A stretch of 47,808 bases of DNA from Octopus bimaculoides (GCF_001194135.2 NC_068997.1:35002721-35050528), one strand, 5' to 3'. Shown: positions 33,801 to 46,765, counted from the first letter of the stretch. Notes: generated by a model from the sequence alone, not told the origin. Program-made: numbers and translations.

Positions 33801-33900
33801 TGGTGCTCCTTTGTCTTTGCCAGGGCAGATGCTTGCCTCAGCTGAAATTGCCACACAAGATCCAGCACTTCATGTTAACTGCTTGTGTGTGTATTTTCAA
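30860..33900 (+). pseudogene. Gypsy pol remnant (protease, RT, RNase H, integrase)
   Basis: FLVDSGAACS (protease); EFDHMLQPGIIHPSTSQ*ASPLHMV, KTAVTTPFGFFEFL and FGLCNA...VYGYINDLLIAS (RT); VDASDIAVGAILQQ...PLAFFSRQL (RNase H); HSLTHPGI...RFFWPNM, RWPEAVP and TTSYHPESN (integrase). Confidence 0.9.
31706..32192 (-). repeat. Inverted internal fragment of the element's own LTR inserted into RT
   Basis: Its reverse complement aligns to 29150-29597 and to 34650-34817. The RT reading is interrupted between FFEFL and FGLCN. Confidence 0.9.
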
Positions 33901-35429
33901 AAACTGAGCTCTTGACATCAAACAGTAAAATCTTCGGTCCCGAGGGATATTGCCTCAGGGACTCATGTTTCTATACTCAAGGACACAGTGAGAAGTCCTT
34001 TCACCACCCACCTTACTCAGGACCTTATCGTTTGTTGGCATACCATGATAAACATTTCACCATAGACATGAATGGTTCCCAAGAAACAGTCTCGGTCGAT
34101 AGACTTAAATGGGCCTATACAGACGCTCTCACACTAGAGCCTCATACTCACCTCTCATACACTGTACAACAGGAAACAAATACTGCACCATTGTACTCAC
34201 CACAAACACAATTACATGCACCTTCCCCACCCTCATATATCACAACAATCTGCAGTGGTCATTGTGTCCATTGGCCTAAGAAACTATGTAAAACTGTTTT
34301 TATATGAACCTATCATATTGTAATTTTTCCTACTTAATGCATTTATGCTGTTTTCCTTTTTGTGTATACGCATGTTTACCTTGGCTTTGCATTCATGTAA
34401 TTTTGGCATGTTACTTGTTATCAATGTATATATTTTTGAGAACACTGTATATTATTTGTAAAAATTCTTCCATGTTTACATACTTTTCACAATTTTGTAC
34501 GTCGTCTTTATTTTGTTGGCCCTGAGAGTTATATTTGGGTTTACATTTATTTTGCAATGACTTTCAGTCTGCAGGAGGGTATCTGTAGCAAGACATGTTA
34601 GCACTATTTTGTTGTGGTAGCATAGCACAGTCATGCTACGCCTACACCCAAAACATCTCATTGCTGGATACATGTGACCCAGTGGAAAGATACATGTGAC
34701 CTAGCGGTGAAGTATGTGTTTTGAAAGGCAAAAACCAGTTCCCAAGAAGACATTGAGATGTAAACGCATCAATTGTTCGTCCAAACAACAAAACGTTGCT
34801 GAATTCCTAAAGTGTTAAGCCTAACTCTTTGATTTGCCTCTTGTTACAAGCACTTAAATTCATTATCCATATTGCCTCCAGAAAATTATATAGCAAGAAG
34901 CTCTCATATCATAAAATTTTGTGTAAACAGAAAAGAGTATTTTGTATGTGCTTCACATAGTATGTATTCCTGTAAGTTTTTAAGTGAAAGATTATATTAA
35001 CTATGATCTTTGCTATGTTTCATTTCAGCACATGAAGCATCTACATAAATAATCTCTAAATTTCATTATTAATAACTAAAAAAAGTATAAGATAATGGAA
35101 AGTTTTATTCATACCAGTGACTTTGACATGTGAGATAATCTAGTATAGCAATCTGAGATGTAGTAAAAATTTATTTTTAAATTTGAAGTGATCTGTCATG
35201 GAACAAACACACTGAAAAGGATAACAACAGTTACCCAGAGCTTGTTGCATGTAAGAAGGGGCTCATTGCATGACCCCATTTAAAATACTTCATCTGGTCA
35301 CTCAGTTCTCTGCCCATTGGACTTCATCATCCTTGTACATAAAGCAAGGCCTTTCAGATTTTATCGAATAATGTTTACATATTGTTGTTGGTTGTAAAGG
35401 GCACCCTAACAGGTCAAGTTTGAGGACCC

Positions 35430-36200
35430 CAAAAATTTAGGTCCTTCATTGAGTTTACGAGGGCAGTACAAACCATGTACAAAGAGGCTGTCAGTAAGAT
35501 AAGAGTTTGCAATAACTGTGATGAACTTAGTATACAAATAGGGTCAACCAGGGACCCAACTTGTATGCCAAATTGTATGCACTTTATTTATATGCAATTC
35601 TCAATCTCCTATTTATCGTAATCCTTCCAACCATAACAGAGGAGTTTAAGACTAGCTCTTCATGTGAAATCTTGTGTGCATATGACCGAACTCTCATAAA
35701 TGAAGTGTTTCTCACTATTACTACTATACCTAAGAAGAAATTCCAAACTTAGAAGCAAAATCTAAAATCAAGAGGACCCAAAGTAAACTTAGCAAATTCT
35801 AAGATATCAATAAATAGGAAAGAAGATTGAACTCTAATGTCAGGGAAGCAGTCCGGCACAATATCGAGAAAAAGAGTTTGTTAGGAATTCCATAGTGTAC
35901 TAATTGTAAAATTTAGATAGACAAGTGTAGCAGTGGAATCATAGACAAGTTAATCAAAGAAGCAAATTTTCTAATTGGCAAATGCAAAGGAGCAATAAGC
36001 ACTAAAAAAACAAAGGAAAGAAATTTTCTTAAATCCTTGAAAGGTTCCCTAAATGTAGTTGATAGATTATGTTATGTTATTTGATCAGCAATAGAAAAGA
36101 CTTTAAAAAATATAGAGTAGAAGTGAAGAATGCTACACTGAATGAATAATGTCAAAAGATATGAACAACAGACTACAAATCAGCAAAGAGAAAAACTGGG
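35430..36200 (+). mobile_element. Old RTE RT remnant
   Basis: AVQTMYKEAVSKIRV...LLFIVILPTITEEFKTSSSCEILCAYD is a decayed version of the RT segment at 20330-20560. Confidence 0.65.
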
Positions 36201-36213
36201 TACAAGGGAATTA

Positions 36214-37050
36214 TGAGGGGGTACCCACAAGTAACTGGAAACATTCTCTGAGGAACAAGCTTGTTGTAGTTCAGGCTTCCACCACTAGCAGCCACTTGAT
36301 GTGACCTGTAGGCATCAGTATGCTAACTGACATCTTCAGGTGGTGTTGCACTGCCACGTGGTGCATCGTTGTTTCACAGTGCTTTTCCCCTGCTCATTAA
36401 TTTTTGCAAAGGCTGAAATGAAGGAACAATGTGCTTCTGTAAAATTCTGTTTTCTGCTGGGGGAAACAGCAGCTGAAACAGTTGCAATGCTTCAAACAAC
36501 TTACAAGGATGCTGCCATGAGCAAAACACATGTTTATGAGTGGTTTCTACACTTTAGGAATGGTCACTTGTAGCTTGAAGATCAACCTTGTTCAGGTCAA
36601 TCGTCAACCTCCTAAACAAATGAAAACATCATGAAAATTCATGAACTGATCTTGGAGGACCATCACCAAACAACTGACAAACTTGTTGATATGACTGGTG
36701 TATCCTGGAGCTCCTGCCAACGAATTATGAGTGAAGAATTCCAAATGAAAAGAGTTGTAACAAGATTTTTGTGCCTCACTTGTAAATACATGAATACATA
36801 TTGTGAAGTGAAAAAACAGTTGAAAGTTGATCCAGACCTTTTTTCAAAGGTCATCACTAGTTCTATGGAATTTACAGATGTGGAAAAGGTGAAGAAAAAA
36901 AAATGACGGAGGTGTTAAAAAGCAAGAGTTCCAGCACTGATTCAAATAGTGGAAAACACACCTGGACCAATGCATTGCTTCAAATGTAGAATACTTTGAA
37001 GGTGATAAAAGTGTAAACATGTAAAACTAAGTGAATAAAATAATGTTGCA
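36214..37050 (+). mobile_element. Internally deleted mariner element
   Basis: Starts after TA with TGAGGGGGTACCC. It encodes EQCASVKFCFLLGETAAETVAML...VYEWFLHFRNG (HTH), then jumps to a C-terminal FTDVEKVK...QCIASNVEYFEGD. Confidence 0.8.
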
Positions 37051-37219
37051 AAATTCTGGTTTCTTAAATGTAGTGTGCACTGATATGGGCATATGAAGAC
37101 AACTTTATAGAGAAATACTCAAAGTGGATAGAACTTTGCAATAGGAAATCAAGACGGGGTGAAAGGTAAAGAGTGATCTAATGGTAGAGAAAACAAATGT
37201 GTGTATATGAAAACGTGCA

Positions 37220-37545
37220 TATCATCATCATCATCATTTTTAACGTCCACTTTCTATAATGGCATGTGTTGGATAGTTTGACAGGAGCTAGCTAGGCAGA
37301 AGACTGCACCAGGCTTCAGTGTCTCTTTCTGCATGTTTTTTATGGCTGGATGCCCTTCCTAACACCAACCACACCAAAGAGTGGACTGAGTGTTTTTTTA
37401 TGTGGCACCAGCACAGGTGAGGTCAGTTTTAGCATGATTTTTACGGCTGGATACCCTTCCAAACACCAACCACTTTACAATGAGGACTGGATGCTTTTTA
37501 CATGGCACCAGCACTGGCAGTGTCACCAAGTAACTTGCAAGATAA
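37220..37545 (-). repeat. RTE-tail-type interspersed repeat with internal sub-repeats; another copy at 39290-39575 (+)
   Basis: (CAT)n-TTAACGTCC...TTTGACAGG and two TGGCTGGATGCCCTTCC-AACACCAACCAC units. The reverse complement is found at 39290-39575. Confidence 0.65.
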
Positions 37546-38074
37546 AGCTCCTTTGAGAGGGGAGGAGGAATTGGAGGAGGTGATCTTGTGCCAGATGATG
37601 GAAAGTTAGAGTGTGACAGAGATAGAAACAGGTGTCTTGCTGTAGAGGAGATACATGGTTACCTGGTCAAAGAGAGATAGTGAGAGTGCAAGAAAGAGCA
37701 GGAAAGAGATGGTGGTAAAGTGCCAAGGCATACACACAAGGAACAGGAGATCAGAATATAAATGGAATGGTAGAGTAGAGCAAGTGAGAGATAGATGGTG
37801 GCAAAGTGCCAGGGCATACCCTCAAATTACAGGGAATATAAATAGTAGAATATTGTCAATGGTGCATGAGTAGGGAGTAGAGATTTCACATGAATGCAAA
37901 GAGTAGGGAGCGAGGAATGCAGTGCCTGTTGAAAACTGGGTATATAGAGGGGGTGGGGACAACAGGACAGTAATGATACAGTGAACAGGCCAGTGAGAAC
38001 AGGATTGGGGAGCAAGAGAAAAGTACGAGGAAGAGAAGAGATGTAGACTGCATTGCATGGATGATGGCTCACTT

Positions 38075-38820
38075 ACAGTTAGTGATTCTGCAAAGAAAAA
38101 GGCTTGGAAATTCCACTATGTAAGGCTGCTAAATGCATGGGTGAAGAAGAGTCTGCCTAATGTGGACCCAACAAAAGGACCAGCTATCTGAATTGACAGT
38201 AGTTCAGTAGATAAAGCAATTAAGGATATGAAAACCAGGCAAGCCCCAGGCCCATCAGGAATCACCACTGAGATGTTTAAGATATCTGTTGGAGTGGGAT
38301 ATGACCTAGTTACCCATATAGTTAATCAGGTTGTTCTCAAGAGAGTAATACCCCAAAACTGGTGTATCAGCATAATAGTCAACTGCTACAAAGGTAAAGG
38401 TGATGCCTTAGACAGAAATGATTACAATGTCATCAAACTGCTGATATCATTAAAACCTCAAACTACAAGATAATGCAAGACAATTTCGAAACAATGTGAA
38501 TAAATAAGCATTACATTTCACAGAGTAATCTGAATACTAAGGGGTTAAGAGAAAAATTGGGTATAAGAGGCATCAGATGTAGTGTGCAAGAGACTGTGCT
38601 GGTATGGTCATGTGATGTGCACGGATGACGACAGTTGCATGAAGAAGTGCCAATCTCTAATTGTGGAAGAAACCTGTGCAAGAGGTAAAGCCAAGAAGTC
38701 ATGAGATGAAGTAGTGAGAAAGGATCTTCAGATGTTGAGTTTCACTGAGTAGATGACAAAAGACTGAGACTTCTGGCGATTTGCTGTGCTTAATAAGGTA
38801 TGTCTGGCTAAGTAAAATCA
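38075..38820 (+). mobile_element. RTE LINE fragments
   Basis: KAIKDMKTRQAPGPSGITTEMFK...IIVNCYKGKGDALDRNDY, then a jump to the 3' end of ORF2. Confidence 0.8.
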
Positions 38821-41560
38821 TGGCCATCCATACATACAATCATGTCCTTTATGGCCATGCACCCACCCACAAACACAATTAATTCTGTCTGCTATCAAAC
38901 TCTTCCACAACCCATCTTCCCTACAGTTCCAGCATCAACTGCAGGCCCCCTCCATGCTCCCTCTCATGCCTATCCACACACACTCTCACATACCATACCC
39001 ACCTCCAAGTCACTTGCTATCTCTGCCATGTCTAAACATCTGCCCTCACATTCTTATGGAACAGTCCCCTCTATCCCTTCTATATTACTTATACCACCCC
39101 CAGCTTTTCCCTATGAGCAGACCCTCTCTCTCACTCTGTCTGTATGTGTGTGTCTCTTTTTCACTAACTTTCTCCCACCTTCCTATCCTTCTTTGTCCCT
39201 CTGTGGTAGCCAAGTATTTCCTCCATAGTAAGAGGGCTACTTCTGTCCCTTTATCATATTCTAATCTCTTGATTTTACACCCTTTTTCATCTGAATGGTT
39301 GGGAGTCACAGGCGCTGGTGTCACATAAAAGCACCCATGCTGGTGCCATGTAGAAAATACCTGTCTGATGCCACGCATAAAGCACTGGTGCTGGTGCTAT
39401 GTAAAAAGCACTCAGTATACTCTGTGAAATTGTTGGCATTAGGGAGGGCGCCTAGTCATAGAAACTATGTGAAAACAGACAATTGGAACCTGGTGCAGCT
39501 TTCTAGCTTACCAATTCCTGTCAAACTGTCCAACCCATGCCAGCATGGAAAATAGACGTTAAATGATGATGATCATTATCATTTATGTATGCATATATGT
39601 ATGTTTGTGCACATATTTTGGCATCTCTACCAATTTGTTCTTATCTACATCTCTCACTTCATGCCATTATTGACCATCTTATCTCCCTATCATTCTTTCT
39701 GTTGCCCATCTTTCCATCCATTCATCTCTCTTTCTTCACTCATCAACTCTCTTTCAAATCATTCACTTTCTTCCACTCACCCTCTCCTCTATTTCTACTA
39801 GTAAGTGGTGCCCTATTATTCATGCCATTACTTTCTGTACTCATCACTCCCTTCTTCTCGAGTCACTTTCTACTGATACCACCTGTACCACTATCTATCA
39901 CTATCTATTTCCCCCCACCCACACATACAGTCACAATCTTTACCCACTATTTTTGATTCTTCTGATATCACTTTCTCTTCTACTCCTTTTTTTTTTTCAA
40001 AATGTTACCTTGTAGAATACATATACACATGCCTTAATCAGGTATCATAAACTAAAGTACATCACCACATTAAATCATCATTGGTACCTTCATGACACCT
40101 GGTGCAGGGTTTTAGTTTATTCACTCTAACATTATTGAACCACACCTCCTTAACAGAATTTTACACACTAACTTGCCATGGCTGAATAATTCAGATGGCC
40201 TAAAACCATTCTGCTGATACTACAGAAGAAATGATTGTTAAAATTCAACACTGGATTGCATATTCCATTAGCAGCTGAAATCAGCCTTATACACATAAAA
40301 TTATAACTGGTTAGAATATCAAGCAATTATGCCTACCTTTTTAGAAACATAGTATATATATATATATATATATATATTGCTTTCAAAGGTATTGCTTCCT
40401 AAAACTGCACATTCACTACTATCTCTGTGAACTTTTTACACCATCTCAAAATTCAAATGTTTCAGAAAAAAATACAATTTCAAAAGAATTCTATGATTCT
40501 CTATAAACTTCTAAGCAGCTTACAGTTTTCAAAATATTGGTGAAATTTTCGTGAGTACTGCAAACATTACTTTTCAATGAATTACCAATGTTGCCTACAT
40601 TTCTAGAATATTGAACATTATATTTAGATGCTATTGATGTATGTGTTACAATAAAACAATTTCTCAGAGACATGGTGACATTGTTCATGTGAATTCGCTA
40701 CGTGTTGCTAAACTGTATAGTGGCAGTATATTCCACCAGTGAAGATGTACAATGTTGTATAGATGTACATATCAGCAAATTATTTCTAGCTGTGTCATAT
40801 GCTTTCGTCGGGTCACCACTAGTTGCGTGAAGAACACTAATTTCTGTTTAGAGATTTCTGAACAACCAAATATTCCTTATGTAAACCCCCAAACAACTTT
40901 GTTTGTTACTATGAATGACAAAACATCAACAGAATTTGGAGATAAATGTTCTTGAATAGATGTGATTATAACAGAAGTCAAAATGTTAGCTGGTTCTTGT
41001 GTCGCTGTCACCATTCATTGATTGTGGTTAGCTGCTGGTCATAGTACTATCTTCTAACGTCTCTCATTCACAGCCTGATCATTGCTTTTGTGCTGTCAGC
41101 TCCGGTCAGTGTTGTCTGTCTATGTAGCTAAGGTGCACTGAATAAATAGTGATGGTAAGGCTCAGAAAGAAGTGTGCCAAAAGATGAAATTGTAGTTCTA
41201 ATTGGTCAGATTTTTTTCAATGATGTGGGTAATACTGTAGCAAATTGATACACTGGATAAAATGATCTGATAGCTAACTATTTCTGCTACATTTGTAAAA
41301 ATGAAGATAATCATCGCTCAAACACCATATTGACCCCCTAAGCAAATGGACAGCATTTTAAAAGTGTATTAAGATTTTATCAGGAAGATTCATTTCTTCA
41401 ATTAAAAATATTCGATTTCATCTTGAAAACTTTGTGTGTGTGTGTATGTTTTTCCTGTGCGAGCTAGTTGTAAAACGTGTGCATACACACACACACTGCT
41501 TAGAGGGAACATTCGTCATAAGATTTAAATTGACAAAATAATTTTGGGTTCAATAGCTAA

Positions 41561-41717
41561 CAGTGGCGTAGCAAGTGTCGCCAACCGGGCAGCCTTTGAG
41601 TTTCCCGCCCCTCTTCATCCATTATACAGGCTTCTACAGCAGACCAAAAAGTGCAGCCCCGTAAAAGCGTCGTTCAAGGCAAACCAACCATCGCCCCTCC
41701 CTCTAGCTATGCTACTG
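41561..41717. mobile_element. 157-bp hAT-like MITE upstream of the USP gene
   Basis: Ends are CAGTGGCGTAGC and GCTATGCTACTG. The 8-bp flanks ATAGCTAA and TGAGCTGT match only at 4 of 8 positions. Confidence 0.55.
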
Positions 41718-42004
41718 TGAGCTGTTAGCATTTTTGAAACAATAAAAAAAAAATTAAAACTAGTTAATTATCATGTACAAGGGTCAGAACATGAATGCTT
41801 TGTTAAAGAGAAATAATATAAATTATATTCAGATAAATGTGAAACAAGTGGAGCTAAACATGAGCTGTCTATACACAAGAAAAAAGGAAGAGTTAAATAA
41901 AAAAAAATACAACTTAACTTTACGGAGTAACATCACCTCTCCAACTTTATAAATCCAGTACCATCAGTAAAGAAGCAATAATACTGACAGGTAGGAAGAG
42001 CAAG

Positions 42005-42015
42005 TGAGATGGCGT
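42005..42015 (+). promoter_or_regulatory. YY1-like motif near the presumed TSS of the USP gene
   Basis: GAGATGGCG about 440 bp upstream of the ATG. Motif match only. Confidence 0.25.
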
Positions 42016-42447
42016 CTTGCAAGTAGTAAACAATTTGTAATATCTAAATGATATAATTAATGTAATAAGTAAACAATGAAATAGCCTCGGGTATTAATTG
42101 TAAAGTCTGAAATGTCGTGATTAACCATATCAAAACACATGTCTTTCAAAGTGGCCAGGTGAAAACGAGGCTTTGACCCCAATGACACTATTGATTCAAG
42201 ATAGAAGTTGACGGTACTCAGCTATGTGTAAGAATATCTTTTTCACGCTTACGTTCTTCTTTAATGGTGGCAAAAGGTAAACATTCATTTTACACCGATT
42301 ACGATAATAGTTTTGTTTGTTTCTCTGTATTATTTCTAATATTGTTGTGGGGGGAAAAATTCGTTGCAGGCCGATAGCCGACAGAGCAATTTCTGAGGTT
42401 AATGTTCTTGACGAAGATGACGGAATGTCTGGTGATTATAAAGTGAA

Positions 42448-43494
42448 ATGTTCACTTCAAAAAGTCAGCCAAAGTTTGCTACTTTCTGTGAGAATAACCA
42501 CAATATTTGTATGGATGAAAACAAACAGAAAACTCCAGAACACAATATTGATTCTACACACTCTCTGGATACAATCAACAAATCTAATAGAAAGGCAGTT
42601 TCAAACAGTAAAAAGCCACACCGCAAAGCATCTTTTAAAAATGTAAAAGATTTCATGAGCCGTATTGTGATGCGACAGCTTCAGCTACAACCTTATGATA
42701 GTGAACAGTTTGATTATAGTTGTAACACAATTCACAATGAGGGTGACAAAAGATACTTTACAAACTTGGATAGTTGCGGGGATAGTGCGATTGTTTCTGT
42801 TGCTACAGTGACACCCATCGGAGATACCCTGCTAAATGTTAAGTATAAAGGCGATCAAAATATTTCAATTATGTCAGCGCCTAAGTCTAACCATAGCAAT
42901 TCCACTATGGCCAGCAATGTATCATGTAATACTTCCGCGGTTACACCTCTATCGGAAGCTAGCGATGGTACTAAATATAAACATTATAACAGTTGCTGTG
43001 AATCAACAATCCGCCCACTGGTTACTCACAATAATAATAGTATAAATAGTGATCAAAATATCCGCCATGTAAGACAGAACAAATCTAAGATACCTGTTTG
43101 GAATGATATGACTCCTGGAACAGTGGGACTTTATAACCACGGCAACACTTGTTATATGAATGCTGTACTACAATGCATTAGCAACGCAAGTTTTCTTTCT
43201 GGATATTTTGTTATGGGACATTACAAAGAAGAACTAAAAAACAACAAAAATATTTGTAAAAAGTTCGGATCCAGTGGTGAAGTGACTGAACAATTAGGTA
43301 TTCTGTTACGAAGCATTTGGTCAGGAAAATACAACCCCGATATTTCTAATGATTTCAAAACAGTTATAGGTAAATATAATTCCCAATTTAAAGGATTTAA
43401 TCAGCACGACGCGCAGGAGTTCCTTCTCTGGTTATTGGACCAAGTACACGAGGACCTAAATTTACCTATTAAAAAGAGTAAGAATAATCAACAG
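42448..43494 (+). CDS. USP31: Ubiquitin carboxyl-terminal hydrolase 31/43 family, first coding exon (349 codons, phase-0 donor)
   Basis: Cys box GLYNHGNTCYMNAVLQC, then GEVTEQL...LRSIW...DFKTVIGK...QHDAQEFLLWLLDQVHEDLN, and the N-terminal FMSRIV motif seen in USP31/USP43. Donor CAG|GTGAGT at 43494/5; in-frame TAA upstream at 42439. Probably co-orthologous to vertebrate USP31 and USP43. Confidence 0.92.
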
Positions 43495-45459
43495 GTGAGT
43501 AAAAAAATTTTTTTGTCTGCCTTTTACTACTGCTACACCTCATATTTTATGTAATGAATTGCGTAAGTTCAAATCCTAACGGAAGTAGCTAGGAATGATC
43601 AAAGAAAAATACGTGATGGCTGACAAGAGCTATCTTCCGGTATTAGTTTCTGTTTGTTGATGTTCTGAATCCAGCTGTTGATTCCGTAGGACAGTAAAAC
43701 AAATTACATGTAGTGTGTGATCAGTTTCAATATATTTGAGATTATGTTTTTCTTTCTTATCACCTTCGATGTTCGTTTTCTTCATAAGAAAAGCTATGTT
43801 CAGCAGCCCTTGAAGTAGTTGTTTAACCCCAATATCAAAGACATTCTAACGCAGGACTACTTTAATCCAATGACCGTAGGGTGTGATTTGAGGGAGATTT
43901 GACTTTATTTCTAGTAGATTGAACGCCTGTGTACGAGCTTTCATATGAACCAATGCTACTTAAGCCTTGGTCAGCCCTGATCGAGCAGATCTATAATTAA
44001 GGATATGTAAGGTATAGCTGTGTTTTTTTTTTTTTTGTAATGAGATTATCCTTATAGTAACGAAAAAAAACGAGTGAATCAAGACGAAAGGAAATACGTA
44101 ACATTAAGCATCTTTCACTTTTCACACCTGTCGTAGTTAGTACACTATATCCATAAAGCCGTTGGAGGGAAAACAAACTTACAGTATCTATACTTAAATA
44201 AAACAGCTTTATTGAGATATCGGATTAAACGAGTCGGTTACTTAAACTGAGTTGTTATTGTGTTTAAGTCATGAATATTGTCAGTTAACAAGCGAACATT
44301 TGTTTACGTTAACTATTATTATTTATGGTATTTAAATGAAATTTTGAGACACCCCACAGTCGTTTTCGTGATTAGGATTTATAGCTACTTTCTATTCTTT
44401 AATAATGGTTTTACAAATATTATACAGTTGTTTTGTTTTGGGTCTCTTTTTTTTTTGTCCTTTCCGTCCGACTTTGTTTCTTTATAGATTTTTTTAATAA
44501 TACATATTTTTTCATAAATAATTTTCAAAGGTATAGACGATAACAACAACTTTTTTAACCAAAAAGAAAAGAAATCCGTACATTTTACACCATTCAACAA
44601 CTTATTTATGATCATTGCACACACGCTCACAATCTATTACTTGGATTGATGTTTATTATCAACATGAAAATTGAAGGCACGATAAAAAAAAAAAAGATTA
44701 TCAGCCTACTATACAAATCGGAAATATTCAGTAATAATCTGTCGATTTGTAGCAGGTGATTTGTAAACCAAGTTATTGAATAGTCAAACTGGTATGAACT
44801 TCTTTTCTCTCTGAGTAAAAGAGAAAATTAACTGGGGAAAAAAACTTTTCGTTGGCATAATCATTACCTAAACCTTCGAAAACGTATATGAAAAAAATCA
44901 TTAGATATACACATTTTTAAAAAGTTATGACGAAACAAAGTAAGCAGTGGGGGCACCAAACTCTAGATATACTCTTTTCGTTTTTTTTTTTTTTGTTAAG
45001 TTTTGTTTTTACCAAATGTATTTCGTTTGTATTCTAAGTGTATAAATATATATTAGCATTTGTAATGTAATTTTTCCATTCTTAATCAATTGAAACAGCA
45101 TTTTCAATGTTCAGAAAGTGAAACTATAATTTATTTCATTATTGAATTCACATTAATGTCATTATTTTGAAAACTATAGTTTCTTTTTAAACAAGATATT
45201 CGTTTTCCTTATTCATTTAATAAGTGTTTATAAAGCATTCGATTGAGATTTTTTTTATATCGTTAAGTGTAGATTCGTAATCTCCTAAACCATATAAATT
45301 TCAAGATCATTTTCTTTAAAATGGTTTAATGGGGGAGATGGGGTTAAAAAATCGGTAGATCTATGGTATAACAAACAAATGCTGACACATCATTTAATAG
45401 TTTTGGTTTTCACCTAAACACTTTAGTTGTTTAGGAATTTGAACTAAGATTATTTTAAA

Positions 45460-46360
45460 GCAAATAAAAGTCCCAGACTGTTTTTGTATACCGTAATCAT
45501 TGTTAAAAACCACACGTTTTAAATTTTGCGTGAAACAAATGTACGAAATGTATTTTTACAGCAAAAGCATTTCACTTTCGTAATCGTGTATAGCGCCGTA
45601 CTTTCACTTCCTGTCGGACAGGAATTTTTATTGGTACATATACTGCGACCAGCTTTTCGTCATTGGTATAGTTTTTTCACCTTTGTGTCTTTTGTTCACA
45701 TTTCTTATTCTGTTCATCATCATCTTCAACAACTTGGAAAGGTTCCTAGACTTGGAAAATGGGTGCCTCATGAATTGTCCAAAAGCAACCGCAAATCCCG
45801 AGTTGACATCTGCTCTTCTCTCCAGTCTCGCAAACTCATTTCACCCTTTTTGGATAGACTTGTGACTGGTGACGAAAAATGGATCTTCTATCTGGTGAGA
45901 TTGCAAAGAAGTAATTCACTTCGAATTGTTACCACCTAATGTAACAATCAATGCTCAAGTCTATTGTCAGCAATTAGAGTGTTTGAACCAAGCTTTTAGA
46001 AAAAAGGCTCGCTTTAGTGAATCGAAAAGGAGTGATGTTACATCAGGACAATGCACAACTCCACACTGCAAAGATCACATCACAGAAGATCAAAGAGCTT
46101 GGTTGGGAAAAAATTCCTCATCCTCCTTATTGTCCCGACCTCGCTCCTTCAGACTACCATTTGTTTCATAGTTTACAGAGTCATTTGGGGACATAACTTT
46201 CGCAAGCCAAGAAGTCGAAACTGGCATTTCAGAGTTCTTCGCTTTGAAACCATTGAAAGGATTAAAAAGCTTGTAAATAAATGGAACGAAGTCATAGATA
46301 ATCAGGGAAAGTACATTGATGATTAAATTTCAATTAAATATAACATTGGAACACCTCGTT
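45460..46360 (+). mobile_element. Mariner (Mos1/SETMAR-like) transposon relic
   Basis: LGKWVPHEL, LVTGDEKWIFY, LHQDNA and HPPYCPDLAPSDYHLF motifs, with frameshifts and deletions. Confidence 0.9.
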
Positions 46361-46420
46361 CAGAGATTTAACATTGGATAACTTGTTTTCTTTATTCAAA
46401 ATTAGCTTTTCACTTAAATA

Positions 46421-46765
46421 TCAAGTCATCCCATCAGTTCTGTCCATCTTCTGCAAGTTTTTTCATTCAAGCATTCTTTCCCATAAACTGAGTGTATGTT
46501 TCGAGTCACTTCGGCTGCAGAGTTTCCTTTTTTGTACTCATAAAGCATTGTGTGTCTCAAATGCTCTTTGGATACTTCCATGTTAGAAAGGGTTTTAATC
46601 AAAGAAATTTTAATTCTATTATTCTGTAAAATAATATTTAATTAGTTTAAATGTACACAAAAGCATAAAAATAATTTTTAATTCCATTCAACATTCTAAA
46701 ATACTATTAAATTTCATTCAATTTTAAAAAAGGTAAAATCGGACAGAACTTATGGAATGACCTGA
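46421..46765 (-). mobile_element. 345-bp mariner-derived MITE
   Basis: TIRs TCAAGTCATCCCATCAGTTCTGTCC and GGACAGAACTTATGGAATGACCTGA, with TA on both sides. It retains MEVSKEHLRHTMLYEYKK, a mariner N-terminus. Confidence 0.85.

Larger units (their letters stand above)
29089..34848 (+). mobile_element. Ty3/Gypsy LTR retrotransposon, full length but decayed
   Basis: 5' LTR TG...CA at 29089-29630; PBS TTGGTGACC at 29631; PPT GCAGGAGGGTATC; 3' LTR at 34584-34848; TSD AGCA (29085-29088 and 34849-34852). Domain order is gag, protease, RT, RNase H, integrase. Confidence 0.92.

Noticed and set aside
43495-43554. Last 19 codons and stop of the 368-aa USP ORF
   Set aside because: They follow a consensus GTGAGT donor and are intronic read-through; the USP domain must continue in later exons.
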